64,000 bases of DNA from an uncultured Phycisphaerales bacterium (GTDB lineage Bacteria > Planctomycetota > Phycisphaerae > Sedimentisphaerales > Anaerobacaceae), in the NCBI GenBank assembly GCA_963718665.1, contig OY970359.1:288001-352000 (forward strand), in the 5' to 3' direction. The position numbers were made by a program, and so were the translations under genes. The notes under the pieces were generated by a model, which worked only from the letters and a program-made list of their open reading frames with translations, searched no databases and was not told where the DNA came from. Within the stretch, counting starts at the first letter, position 1. Each line of letters opens with the position of its first letter. Positions 30,665 to 39,324 of the stretch are shown here, in pieces.

Positions 30665-31582
30665 CTATTTAGCAGGTAAAATCGCGACCATTTTTTCGAG
30701 CGCGTTTTTAGCCCTGGCCGCAATATCTTCAGGCACTGTGATTTTATAATGCATATCTTCAAGAGACCAGAGCACCTTATCAAGGGTTATGCGTTTCATA
30801 TTCGGGCAAATCGCCCGAGTAGCCGCCGGGTAAAATTCCTTGCCCTGGTTTTCTTTTTTCAACGTATGAATTATTCCTGTCTCAGTAGCAATAATAAATT
30901 GTTTGGCGTCGCTTTGCTTCGCGAATTTGAGCATCTGGCCCGTGCTGAGGAGCTTATCGCTTACGGCCTTCACCGGCTCGGTGCACTCGGGATGCGCCAT
31001 TACAATCGCACCGGGATGCGCATCCCTGGCTTTTTTTATGTCGTCTTCGGTAATAAACGCGTGCGTCGGGCAATATCCGGGCCACAAAATCATTTCACGG
31101 CCTGTCTTTTCAATCACAAACCTGCCCAAATGCTGGTCGGGAACAAAAATTATTTTGCTGTTTTTCGGCAGTGATTCGACAACTTCGACGGCATTTGCGC
31201 TTGTGCAACAATAATCGCTTTCGGCTTTTACCTCCGCGGAGCTGTTCACGTAGCAGACCACCAAAGCGCCGGGGTTCTTGTGTTTCAATTCTCTCAACTG
31301 CTCGCCGGTAATCATATCCGCCATGGGGCAGCCGGCGTTTTTATCCGGCAAAAGGACTGTTTTGCCGGGCGACAAAATCGCGGCGGTCTCCGCCATAAAT
31401 TTGACGCCGCAGAAAACTATCACGTCGGCATTCGTCGCCGAGGCCTTGACGCTCAACGCAAGCGAATCGCCCGTGAAATCCGCAATATCCTGGATTTCGC
31501 CGGGCTGATAATTATGCGCAAGTATGACGGCGTTGCGCTCGGCCTTTAGCTCTTTGATTTTTTTCATCAACGACTCGTTCAT
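30665..31582 (-). CDS. nadA: Quinolinate synthase
   Basis: ILAHNYQ, GDSL, FCGVKFMAETA, GCPMAD, YVNSSAEVKA, AHPEC, CPNMK. Confidence 0.96.
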   Translation of the reverse strand: MNESLMKKIKELKAERNAVILAHNYQPGEIQDIADFTGDSLALSVKASATNADVIVFCGVKFMAETAAILSPGKTVLLPDKNAGCPMADMITGEQLRELKHKNPGALVVCYVNSSAEVKAESDYCCTSANAVEVVESLPKNSKIIFVPDQHLGRFVIEKTGREMILWPGYCPTHAFITEDDIKKARDAHPGAIVMAHPECTEPVKAVSDKLLSTGQMLKFAKQSDAKQFIIATETGIIHTLKKENQGKEFYPAATRAICPNMKRITLDKVLWSLEDMHYKITVPEDIAARAKNALEKMVAILPAK

Positions 31583-32526
31583 TTTTTCTTTTTTCTTTTG
31601 CCGCTTTTTTTGGCGGAGTGTTTTTTATATACAAGCTCGGCGTTGGGGGTTGTAACGGTAACGCCCGGCGGAACGGATTCCTTAATCCAGACGTTTCCGC
31701 CGACGACAGCGCCTTTTCCTATTGTTATATCACCCAGAATTGTCGCCTCGGCGTATATTGTTACGTTATCCTCAATCGTCGGGTGGCGTTTGCCTCCCTT
31801 AATAATCCTGCCTTTCTCATCTTTCTGGAAACTTAATGCTCCCAGCGTCGTGCCCTGGTAAATTTTAACGTTATCGCCAATAATGCTCGTTTCGCCAATC
31901 ACGACGCCGGTGCCGTGGTCAATAAAGAAGTTTTTGCCGATTGTGGCGCCGGGGTGAATATCGATACCCGTCCTGGTATGGGCGCACTCGGTCATAATTC
32001 GCGGAATCAGCGGCACCTCTTTTATGAATAGCTCGTGGGCAATGCGATATATGGCTATCGCTATTATGCAGGGATAGCTAATGACAATCTCTTCGGGAGA
32101 TTTCGCGGCCGGGTCACCGTCATACGCGGCCTTGACGTCGCCTTTAAGCATTTCCCGGATATGAGGCAGCTGCGTCAGGAGATGAATGGTAGCATCTTCG
32201 GCCATTTTATGGCAGCCGCCCGTTTCGCAATTTTCCAGCCGGCAGCGGTATTTGAGCGCACGTTCTATCTGTGTGGAAAGCTCGGTGTAAATGTGGCAAA
32301 GGACGTCTATCACGACGAAGTTGACGTTCGATTTTGTTACCATTCTTTTGCCGGTAAAACCGGGGAAAAGGACCTCGAAAATCATATCAAGTACTTCGAG
32401 GATTTTGTCCCGCACAGGCAGATTGGTCGCGTCGATGAAGTTTATTCCCAAATCGCCCTGGTAGGTCCCGACGATTTCAGCGACTAATTGTTCAAGCTTT
32501 TTGTCTGTCAAATCAGCTTTGGCCAT
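31579..32526 (-). CDS. cysE: Serine O-acetyltransferase
   Basis: GDPAAKS, IDIHPGATIG, FIDHGTGVVIGET, KRHPTIED. Confidence 0.92.
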   Translation of the reverse strand: MAKADLTDKKLEQLVAEIVGTYQGDLGINFIDATNLPVRDKILEVLDMIFEVLFPGFTGKRMVTKSNVNFVVIDVLCHIYTELSTQIERALKYRCRLENCETGGCHKMAEDATIHLLTQLPHIREMLKGDVKAAYDGDPAAKSPEEIVISYPCIIAIAIYRIAHELFIKEVPLIPRIMTECAHTRTGIDIHPGATIGKNFFIDHGTGVVIGETSIIGDNVKIYQGTTLGALSFQKDEKGRIIKGGKRHPTIEDNVTIYAEATILGDITIGKGAVVGGNVWIKESVPPGVTVTTPNAELVYKKHSAKKSGKRKKKK

Positions 32527-32559
32527 ATAAGGTCCTCTCCTATAACCACCACGCGGCTT

Positions 32560-33489
32560 CTATGTGACGGCGGCAAACATTTCAGTAGATATATAACGCT
32601 CGCCGGTATCGGGCAGAATCACGACTATCGTCTTGCCCTGGTTTTTGGGACGCTGCGAGACCTGGATTGCAGCCCATATCGCCGCACCGCAGCTTATCCC
32701 GGCCAGTATCCCTTCTTTGGATGCCAGTTGACGAGCGGTCTCCATCGCATCCTGGTTTGTAACCTGAATTATTTCATCAATTATCTCACGGTTTAGCACG
32801 TCCGGCAAAAAACCGGCGCCGATACCCTGAATCTTATGCGGGCCTGGTTTGCCGCCTGAAAGCACAGGCGAATCCTTCGGCTCAACCGCAATTACTTTGA
32901 GATTTTTGTTTCGGCTTTTCAACACCTCGCCGCAACCGGTAATCGTTCCCCCCGTCCCGACGCCGGCCACAAAAAAATCAACCTTGCCATCGGTATCCGC
33001 CCATATTTCCTCGGCTGTCGTCTCACGGTGAACCTGCGGATTGGCAGGATTACTGAACTGCTGAGGCATAAAGGTGTTTGGGGTTTGGGCCATAAGCTCT
33101 TCGGCTTTTTTTATCGCGCCTCTCATTCCTTCGGCAGCAGGAGTAAGAACAAGTTTTGCGCCAAACATCGCCAGTATCTTGCGCCGTTCTATGCTCATCG
33201 ACTCCGGCATCGTCAGAATCAGATGATATCCCTTTGCCGCACAGACAAAGGCAAGGCCTATACCCGTGTTGCCGCTTGTCGGCTCGATGATTACAGTATC
33301 CGGCTTTATCAATCCCTTGTTTTCAGCGTCCTCTATCATCGACAACGCAATCCTGTCTTTGACGCTGCCGCAGGGATTTCTGGACTCAAGTTTTGCAACT
33401 ATAGTCGCCACGCCCGGATTCAATTTGTTAATCCGGACAAGAGGCGTAAAACCAATCGAAGCAGTTATATCATCAAATATCGCGCTCAT
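32560..33489 (-). CDS. cysK: Cysteine synthase A
   Basis: [46 protein letters not shown]. Confidence 0.96.
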   Translation of the reverse strand: MSAIFDDITASIGFTPLVRINKLNPGVATIVAKLESRNPCGSVKDRIALSMIEDAENKGLIKPDTVIIEPTSGNTGIGLAFVCAAKGYHLILTMPESMSIERRKILAMFGAKLVLTPAAEGMRGAIKKAEELMAQTPNTFMPQQFSNPANPQVHRETTAEEIWADTDGKVDFFVAGVGTGGTITGCGEVLKSRNKNLKVIAVEPKDSPVLSGGKPGPHKIQGIGAGFLPDVLNREIIDEIIQVTNQDAMETARQLASKEGILAGISCGAAIWAAIQVSQRPKNQGKTIVVILPDTGERYISTEMFAAVT

Positions 33490-33503
33490 AGCAATTTCCA
33501 ATT

Positions 33504-33935
33504 CTATATCTGGTAATCCGACTTGTTGACTTTAGATTTTTCAATCACATCCTGCAGAGTTGTTGCCTGTAAAACATTTCTCACTGCCCGCTGGATATCG
33601 CTCCACACCTGCCTGGCTACACAATTGACCGCCTTATTACAGTATTTTTCGTTGCTTACACATTCCACAGTAACAACCGGCCCCTCAAAGACATCAAAAA
33701 CATCGCTTAGTTTAATCTTTTCGGGTGGATTAGCCAGAATATATCCTCCCTTTGCGCCGCGCTGACTTCGTATAAGGCCCGCAGATTTAAGGGCAGCCAT
33801 CAGTTGCTCAAGGTATTTGACTGAAATATCCTGATTCTGGGCAATCACCCTTGTCTGGAGAGGCCCTTTTCCGAAGTGTTCCGCCAACTCCAAAACCGCC
33901 CGCATCGCATATCTTGTTCTTGTTGATAGCTTCAT
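33504..33935 (-). CDS. Rrf2-family regulator (IscR/CymR-like, three Cys)
   Basis: [30 protein letters not shown]...YC...NC. Confidence 0.92.
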   Translation of the reverse strand: MKLSTRTRYAMRAVLELAEHFGKGPLQTRVIAQNQDISVKYLEQLMAALKSAGLIRSQRGAKGGYILANPPEKIKLSDVFDVFEGPVVTVECVSNEKYCNKAVNCVARQVWSDIQRAVRNVLQATTLQDVIEKSKVNKSDYQI

Positions 33936-33950
33936 ATTCCATTCTCCATT

Positions 33951-33974
33951 ATTCCTACTACCCTGGTAGTATAT
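33951..33974. promoter_or_regulatory. Probable Rrf2/IscR-type operator; second imperfect copy at 34068-34091
   Basis: ATTCC-TACTAC-CCTG-GTAGTA-TAT palindrome; the 34068-34091 copy reads ATATCCTACTAATACTACTGATAT on the minus strand. Confidence 0.6.
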
Positions 33975-34230
33975 TATACGAACAGCCCTATATTTGGTAT
34001 TAAAAAAATATGTAAAATTTTCAAAAAAAGTGTTTTAAACAGGCTTTTCAATATGATGCTATCGCTTATATCAGTAGTATTAGTAGGATATTGTCATACA
34101 ATACATACGGACTGTGCCGGAAAGAAAATCGACTGTGTCTTTCGACATAGCTGTTCCAAGAGCCGTAGTATATAGCGATACTGTTACGGATAACCTTGAC
34201 GCAGGTTCGGCGTAACAATAAGATTGGTGT

Positions 34231-35301
34231 ATGGCAAAACAATCTCTGCCCAAGCCATCGCTGGAGCATCTTCGTCGGCTAACCGATGATACGGGGCTTT
34301 TTCAGCACGCCAAGTTCACAATACCGCTTCGCAGCGAGGGCTACACGACCGACGACAACGCCAGGGCTTTAATCGTGGCGACAAAACACTATGCCCTGTA
34401 CCGCAAGCCGGAAACACTGCAACTAATCGACAGGTATTTGGCTTTTGTTCTTCATTCGCACAACGACGACCCTTCTTCGCTATCGCTACGAAGGGCAGGT
34501 GGCACGGTGAAGAATTTTATGGATTTCGACAGGACCTGGCATAAGGCAGAGCCGGTCAATGACGCATTAGGACGGGTAATCTGGGCATTCGGGGCTGTTT
34601 TGGCACAACCTCCTTCCGAGATTTATGTGCCTATAGTTCAAGAGCGAATCGATATAGCGATGCCACTTATCAAGAAGCAATACCCGCGGGGATTGTCTTA
34701 TTCGATATTGGGTTTGGCTGGTTATCTTAAACGGCTCCCAGATGCAGAGAATGCTAAAAGCTGTATGGCAACCGCAGCGGATTTGATTGTGTCGCGGTTC
34801 AAGGAAAACACCAAACCGAATTGGCCCTGGTTCGAGAACATACTCACTTATGACAATGCGATGCTGCCTTGTGCGCTTTTCACGGCCGGTATAACACTTG
34901 GTGAAAAAAAATATCTGCAAGCCGCGAAGAAGGCCTGCGATTTTCTGTTGGCCAATACTTTTACGGGTGCTCACTTTAGTTTCATTGGTTGTAACGGCTG
35001 GTTTCCGCGGGGAGGTCAAAAGGCACAGTTCGACCAGCAACCAATCGAAGCGGCGGGGACAATTCTGATGTTAGACGCCGGATATAAGACGACAAAGGAC
35101 AAAAAATATCTGATGCTGCGGCAAAAAGCATTTAACTGGTTTTTGGGCGAGAATGACTTGGGGATTCCACTTTACGATTCGAAGAGCAAGGGCTGCGGCG
35201 ACGGGCTTGGTGCAGAAGGCGTCAGCTTAAATGAGGGAGCGGAAAGCACACTTAGTTTTCTGCTTGGTCTGCTGACAATGTGCGAAGGTAAACATCTATG
35301 A
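34231..35301 (+). CDS. Stand-alone (alpha/alpha)6 domain of the kind usually fused C-terminally to GT4 glycosyltransferases
   Basis: HLRRLTDDTGLFQHA, GYTTDDNARAL, WPWFENILTYDNA, FDQQPIEA, WFLGENDLG, NEGAESTL. Confidence 0.75.
   Translation: MAKQSLPKPSLEHLRRLTDDTGLFQHAKFTIPLRSEGYTTDDNARALIVATKHYALYRKPETLQLIDRYLAFVLHSHNDDPSSLSLRRAGGTVKNFMDFDRTWHKAEPVNDALGRVIWAFGAVLAQPPSEIYVPIVQERIDIAMPLIKKQYPRGLSYSILGLAGYLKRLPDAENAKSCMATAADLIVSRFKENTKPNWPWFENILTYDNAMLPCALFTAGITLGEKKYLQAAKKACDFLLANTFTGAHFSFIGCNGWFPRGGQKAQFDQQPIEAAGTILMLDAGYKTTKDKKYLMLRQKAFNWFLGENDLGIPLYDSKSKGCGDGLGAEGVSLNEGAESTLSFLLGLLTMCEGKHL
34470..34500 (+). repeat. REP-like palindrome, family B (CCC-N-CTTCGC-Nx-GCTACG-N-GG), in frame within a CDS; other copies at 13663-13697 (-) and 47024-47059 (+)
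   Basis: CCCTTCTTCGCTATCGCTACGAAGGGCAGG vs CCCGGCTTCGCTCAAGGAGCTACGCCGAGGCAAG vs CCCATCCTTCGCCCCTTAGGGGCTACGGAGGAGGG. Confidence 0.65.
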
Positions 35302-36068
35302 TTGTCGCGAGTTTCAATGTCAATTCTTTGCGGGCGAGAATGCCTATTGTTCTCGACTGGCTGGCAAACACCAAACCAGATGTCCTGTGTGTGCAGGAAA
35401 CAAAAGTTCAGGACAAGGACTTCCCGGCTGAAGTATTCGATGAGGCAGGGTACAACTATGCCTTCGCGGGCCAGAAAAGTTATAACGGCGTGGCAATCTT
35501 AGCGAAAAGCAGAATCGCAGACGTACAGGCCGGCTTCGACGATGAACCGAAAGATGAACCCCGGCTGATAAAGGCCGAAATAAATGGGATAATAATCGTC
35601 AACACTTATGTCCCACAGGGGTATCTTCCCGAATCAGACAAATTTCAATACAAACTCGAATGGTTCAGACGATTGCGCAGGTTCTTTGAAGAACATTTCA
35701 AACCAACTGACCCGGTTTTGTGGGTTGGCGATTTGAATATCGCACCGGAGGCAATTGACGTTTACGACCCCGAAGGATTATTGGGAAATGTTTGTTATCA
35801 TCCTGACGTTCATAAAGAGTTAAAAAACGTAATGAGCTGGGGATTTGTTGACTCATTTCGGCTGCATTGCAAAGAGCCGGGGCAATATACGTTCTGGGAT
35901 TACAGGCCTATTAACGCCGTGAAACGCAACCTCGGCTGGCGATTAGACCATATTATGGCGACTAAACCATTAGCCGAAAAATGCACCGCCTGTTACATCG
36001 ACAAAGCCCCACGGTTATTGCCTCGTCCCAGCGACCACACGCCGATTATCGCGGAACTTGACTGGTAA
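35298..36068 (+). CDS. xth: Exodeoxyribonuclease III
   Basis: SFNVNS, CVQETK, YNGVA, GDLNIA, YTFWDYR, GWRLDH, PSDHTP. Confidence 0.95.
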   Translation: MIVASFNVNSLRARMPIVLDWLANTKPDVLCVQETKVQDKDFPAEVFDEAGYNYAFAGQKSYNGVAILAKSRIADVQAGFDDEPKDEPRLIKAEINGIIIVNTYVPQGYLPESDKFQYKLEWFRRLRRFFEEHFKPTDPVLWVGDLNIAPEAIDVYDPEGLLGNVCYHPDVHKELKNVMSWGFVDSFRLHCKEPGQYTFWDYRPINAVKRNLGWRLDHIMATKPLAEKCTACYIDKAPRLLPRPSDHTPIIAELDW

Positions 36069-36128
36069 AGAAACTGATATACCGCAAGTCCAACCTGCCA
36101 AGGCATCGTCGGCATATTATTAAAATTG

Positions 36129-37079
36129 TTATGGCTTTGCCTGCTGCTGAGTCATAAGATTTCGCTGGGTTTGTCCCAGAGCCGCCATGCCGCCGAGATT
36201 CATCGTATCGAGAACAGAACTCGGCACAATCATAAGCGAGCCGCCTGCCCGTATGCCTTCATAAACGATGTTCATTGCGCGAAGCTGCAAAGCAACAGGG
36301 TTATCCTGGTATCCTTTGGACGCCATGGCGAACTTTTCGGCAATTTCCATTTCCGCCTGTCCGAGTATTCCTCGCGCCTGCCGTTCTCTTTCGGCCTGGG
36401 CCTGCTTGGAAAGAACGTCCTTGAGGTTTTCAGGAATGGCTATGTCGCGGATTTCGATTGAGGTAACACTGATACCCCATGCCTCGGTCTTTGCTTCGAG
36501 CACCTTCTGAAGCGTCTTAGCCACCTTTTCCCGGTCGGAAAGAATTTCAGCAAGGGAATGGATGCCTACTATATCCCGAAGCGCGGTCTGAACAGCCAGT
36601 GAAATTGCCTGATAGTAGCTTTCGACCTCAAGCAGGGCTTTTTGGCTATCCCAGACATGCCAAAACGCTATTGCGTCGATATTCACAGGCACGGTATCGC
36701 TGGTAAGCATCGACTCGCTGTAAAAAGTTGTGGTGCGAACTCGCATATCCACAATACGGATAACACTTTCGAGGATGGGTAAAATCATAAAAAAGCCCGG
36801 GCCCCTGACAGAACTAAAACGACCTAATCGCAACACAAGGGCTTTATCCCATTCGGCCAAAAGGTGTGCGGACAAGGACCATAGTGCCGCAAGAATAAAA
36901 CCGACTATGAACGTGGCAACAGCAGGAGCCGTTCTGTCTGCCCGTAACAGAACTATGCCGCCAATAATTGTCCCTACAGCAATGATAACTGTAAGGAAGG
37001 TAATTGGTGCATAAGTCTTCATTCGCTGAATCTGGCGGACAGCATGGTCTTTATTAAGTTGTGTCATAGCATCATACAT
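36129..37079 (-). CDS. SPFH/stomatin (slipin) family protein
   Basis: VLRLGRF...GPG, QTALRDIVG, WGISVTSIEIRD, QAQAERERQAR, ALQLR; SD AAGGAG before ATG 37079. Confidence 0.9.
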   Translation of the reverse strand: MYDAMTQLNKDHAVRQIQRMKTYAPITFLTVIIAVGTIIGGIVLLRADRTAPAVATFIVGFILAALWSLSAHLLAEWDKALVLRLGRFSSVRGPGFFMILPILESVIRIVDMRVRTTTFYSESMLTSDTVPVNIDAIAFWHVWDSQKALLEVESYYQAISLAVQTALRDIVGIHSLAEILSDREKVAKTLQKVLEAKTEAWGISVTSIEIRDIAIPENLKDVLSKQAQAERERQARGILGQAEMEIAEKFAMASKGYQDNPVALQLRAMNIVYEGIRAGGSLMIVPSSVLDTMNLGGMAALGQTQRNLMTQQQAKP

Positions 37080-37193
37080 AGAGTTCTCCTTTTTGCGAAT
37101 AGTTTCAGTTAGTCCGGATGATACTTTTTCTGAAATGGCTTGTAGAAGATTGAAACGCACGAGATTCTCCTTTCCGCCGAAAGTATCGGCAAC

Positions 37194-37583
37194 TTATTCG
37201 GGTTGTTGTTTCTGCATACTCCGCAAGTATTCGACTATTTCATCGATGGTGAGATTTTGCAAATGGGCTCTTGAAATAAAATCTCTGCAAAGTTCTTCCA
37301 GCGCCCGCAGATTTTCACGATTCTTTTTCGCAGGAATAGACGGCTGCGGCCGGACAAATACACCTGTTCCCTGCTGCGTATCGAGAAAGCCGAGAAGCTG
37401 AAGCTGCGAATAGGCCTTTACCACAGTATTGGGGTTGACTTCCAGTTTTACAGCCAGGTCGCGGATAGTTGGTAATCTTTCGCCCGGCAGGATTGTGCCT
37501 GCGGAAATACTGGATAATATTATATCCACGAGTTGGCGATAAAAAGGCACATAGCTTTGTTTGTCTAACTTAAAGTTTATCAT
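37194..37583 (-). CDS. GntR-family regulator (YtrA subfamily)
   Basis: PFYRQL, PGERLPTIRDLA, VNPNTVVKAY, QGTGVFV; short C-terminal domain. Confidence 0.92.
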   Translation of the reverse strand: MINFKLDKQSYVPFYRQLVDIILSSISAGTILPGERLPTIRDLAVKLEVNPNTVVKAYSQLQLLGFLDTQQGTGVFVRPQPSIPAKKNRENLRALEELCRDFISRAHLQNLTIDEIVEYLRSMQKQQPE

Positions 37584-37620
37584 TGTATTAGTATTATAGT
37601 ACAGTAGGTAACCAAGTCAA
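37584..37620 (-). promoter_or_regulatory. Sigma70-type promoter overlapped by a YtrA-type operator
   Basis: Minus strand TTGACT-N16-TATAAT-N9-ATG; palindrome TGTATTA-N6-TAGTACA at 37584-37603. Confidence 0.7.
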
Positions 37621-37796
37621 GAAAAATCTTTTCAAAATTATGATTTAAATTCGGGAGCTGTACTTTTAATCCGAATATCTCACGGTATTTGCAATAAAAA
37701 AAACAGCATAACTGCTTGCTAAATAAGAAGTTACGATAACGACTCAGCCCAAGCGACCATACGTCGATTATCGTGGAGTTTGAATGGTAGTTCCCC

Positions 37797-38951
37797 TTAT
37801 CGGCCAGCGTCGTCCATATCAACGATATCCTCTTCTTCAACGGGCATAAACCACTTTTGGGCTATGAACGTTGGTATAACCGCGCTTGCGATTACAACAC
37901 CTACAAGGACTGAATACTGCACCTGGTCAATGTAGCCAGCGTTAAGCCCGAACAAGCTCGAAATCGTTCCAAAGGTAAGTCCCGTGCTCATCAATAATGT
38001 CGTGTATGTGCTTCCGTTGCGAATATATTTTCTCGCGAAGAAGTAAACGCCGATGAATTTGGTTGCTATTTTCAGCAGGAACAAAATAACAAATATCCCT
38101 CCTGCCGTGATTAGCATAGGCACCGATATTTTAAGCCCGCCAACGATGAAGAATACGGGCGTTATGAATGCATAAGCGACGGTACGAAGACGATCCCGGA
38201 CCGCTTTATTGCCGGACGTTTCGCCGAAATGGCGCGACATCAAAAGCCCTAATATAAACGCCGGCAAAATCGCGTGCCCGTCACCCAATTTGGCAAAATA
38301 CATAAATGCAATCAAAAGCAGGAATACGTATTTTATTTCCGGCTCAATCACCTTATTTTTCAACGTCTTGCTGTCAAACACTTTGTGTGAGAATTTTTCG
38401 GCAAAATATATCACATTCAGAGAAACCGATATGAAGACCAGCGTGTATATTGTCGGTTTGATGAAGAGAATGCTTAACGCAAGGGCGGTTCCCATTTCGG
38501 TAATGAAAGTTGACGCCATAAGAAACTTGCCTATCTGTGTTGATGACAATCCCGTCTCAACCAATACCGAATAGACCACAGCGAGCGAGGTCGTCGATAA
38601 AGCAGTGCCCGCAATCAGAGATGCCTGAAGAGACCAGCCCGCGACAAAAAATGTATAGAGGAAAACACCTAAGAACGGACACAGAAAAGAGAACCCGCCT
38701 ATGAGCATACTTTCTTTGAATTTCTCCCGCATCAAACGCGTATCAATCTCGGTCCCCGCTAAATACGTCAGGAGAATGCCCCCAAAACCGGCCAAGTACA
38801 TCATCCATTCTTCCGGCTTGAGACCAAAATACCCCCCTATCGCTCCGAGCAGGATTTCAATTATGGCTACCGAAAGCCCCAACTTCAAAGACAGCAAACT
38901 CGAAACGAAAATCAAACCACCTACAACCAGCGGAACCAAATCTGCATTCAT
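37797..38951 (-). CDS. Cation:proton antiporter (CPA2/Kef-type), no C-terminal TrkA domain
   Basis: About 12 TM helices; AIIEILLG, LTYLAGTEID, ALSTTSLAVV, PAFILGL, PVFFIVGG. Confidence 0.85.
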   Translation of the reverse strand: MNADLVPLVVGGLIFVSSLLSLKLGLSVAIIEILLGAIGGYFGLKPEEWMMYLAGFGGILLTYLAGTEIDTRLMREKFKESMLIGGFSFLCPFLGVFLYTFFVAGWSLQASLIAGTALSTTSLAVVYSVLVETGLSSTQIGKFLMASTFITEMGTALALSILFIKPTIYTLVFISVSLNVIYFAEKFSHKVFDSKTLKNKVIEPEIKYVFLLLIAFMYFAKLGDGHAILPAFILGLLMSRHFGETSGNKAVRDRLRTVAYAFITPVFFIVGGLKISVPMLITAGGIFVILFLLKIATKFIGVYFFARKYIRNGSTYTTLLMSTGLTFGTISSLFGLNAGYIDQVQYSVLVGVVIASAVIPTFIAQKWFMPVEEEDIVDMDDAGR

Positions 38952-38971
38952 ACTTTAATTTCCTTAAAAAG

Positions 38972-39041
38972 AAAAAACCTCTATCAATCTTTCGATAGAG
39001 GTCTAAAAAATAACCCCTACCGTTGCCGGTAGAGGTTATTA
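38972..39041 (-). terminator. Two tandem intrinsic terminators in the riboswitch leader
   Basis: Minus strand ATAACCTCTACCG-GCAA-CGGTAGGGGTTAT-TTTTT (overlaps the aptamer 3' end), then ACCTCTATC...GATAGAGGT-TTTTT. Confidence 0.75.
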
Positions 39042-39082
39042 TCCCTATTTATGAGGGCGGTTATTAGGCGAACCTCATCGCC
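39029..39082 (-). ncRNA. Fluoride riboswitch (crcB motif) #1, leading the antiporter gene
   Basis: Minus strand GGCGATGAGGTTCGCC...AACCGCCCT...AGGGATAATAACCTCTAC; pseudoknot GAGGT/ACCTC; TTGAAA-N17-TATTAT upstream. Confidence 0.88.
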
Positions 39083-39209
39083 ACCTTATTTGTAATAATA
39101 AAGTAACAGGTGTGAACTTTCAACACAATTTTTGATGTTTTTCGAGCCCCTTCACGAAGGTTCATATTGATTTGACATTTACGGTTATAATGCCGATAAT
39201 AAAAGATAA

Positions 39210-39257
39210 GGGGATGGAGTTCCCCATAACCGCTTGTATTGGCTGATAACTCCTGAC
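39210..39257 (+). ncRNA. Fluoride riboswitch #2, leading the dynamin-enolase operon
   Basis: GGGGATGGAGTTCCCC-ATAACCGC...GCTGATAACTCCT; pseudoknot GGAGT/ACTCC; TTGACA at 39172. Confidence 0.88.
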
Positions 39258-39324
39258 GATTTTCTGCGGCAATTTGGCTGTAGAAACGTAAAATAAGTTG
39301 CGCAAAAGATTAAGGAATGCGGTT

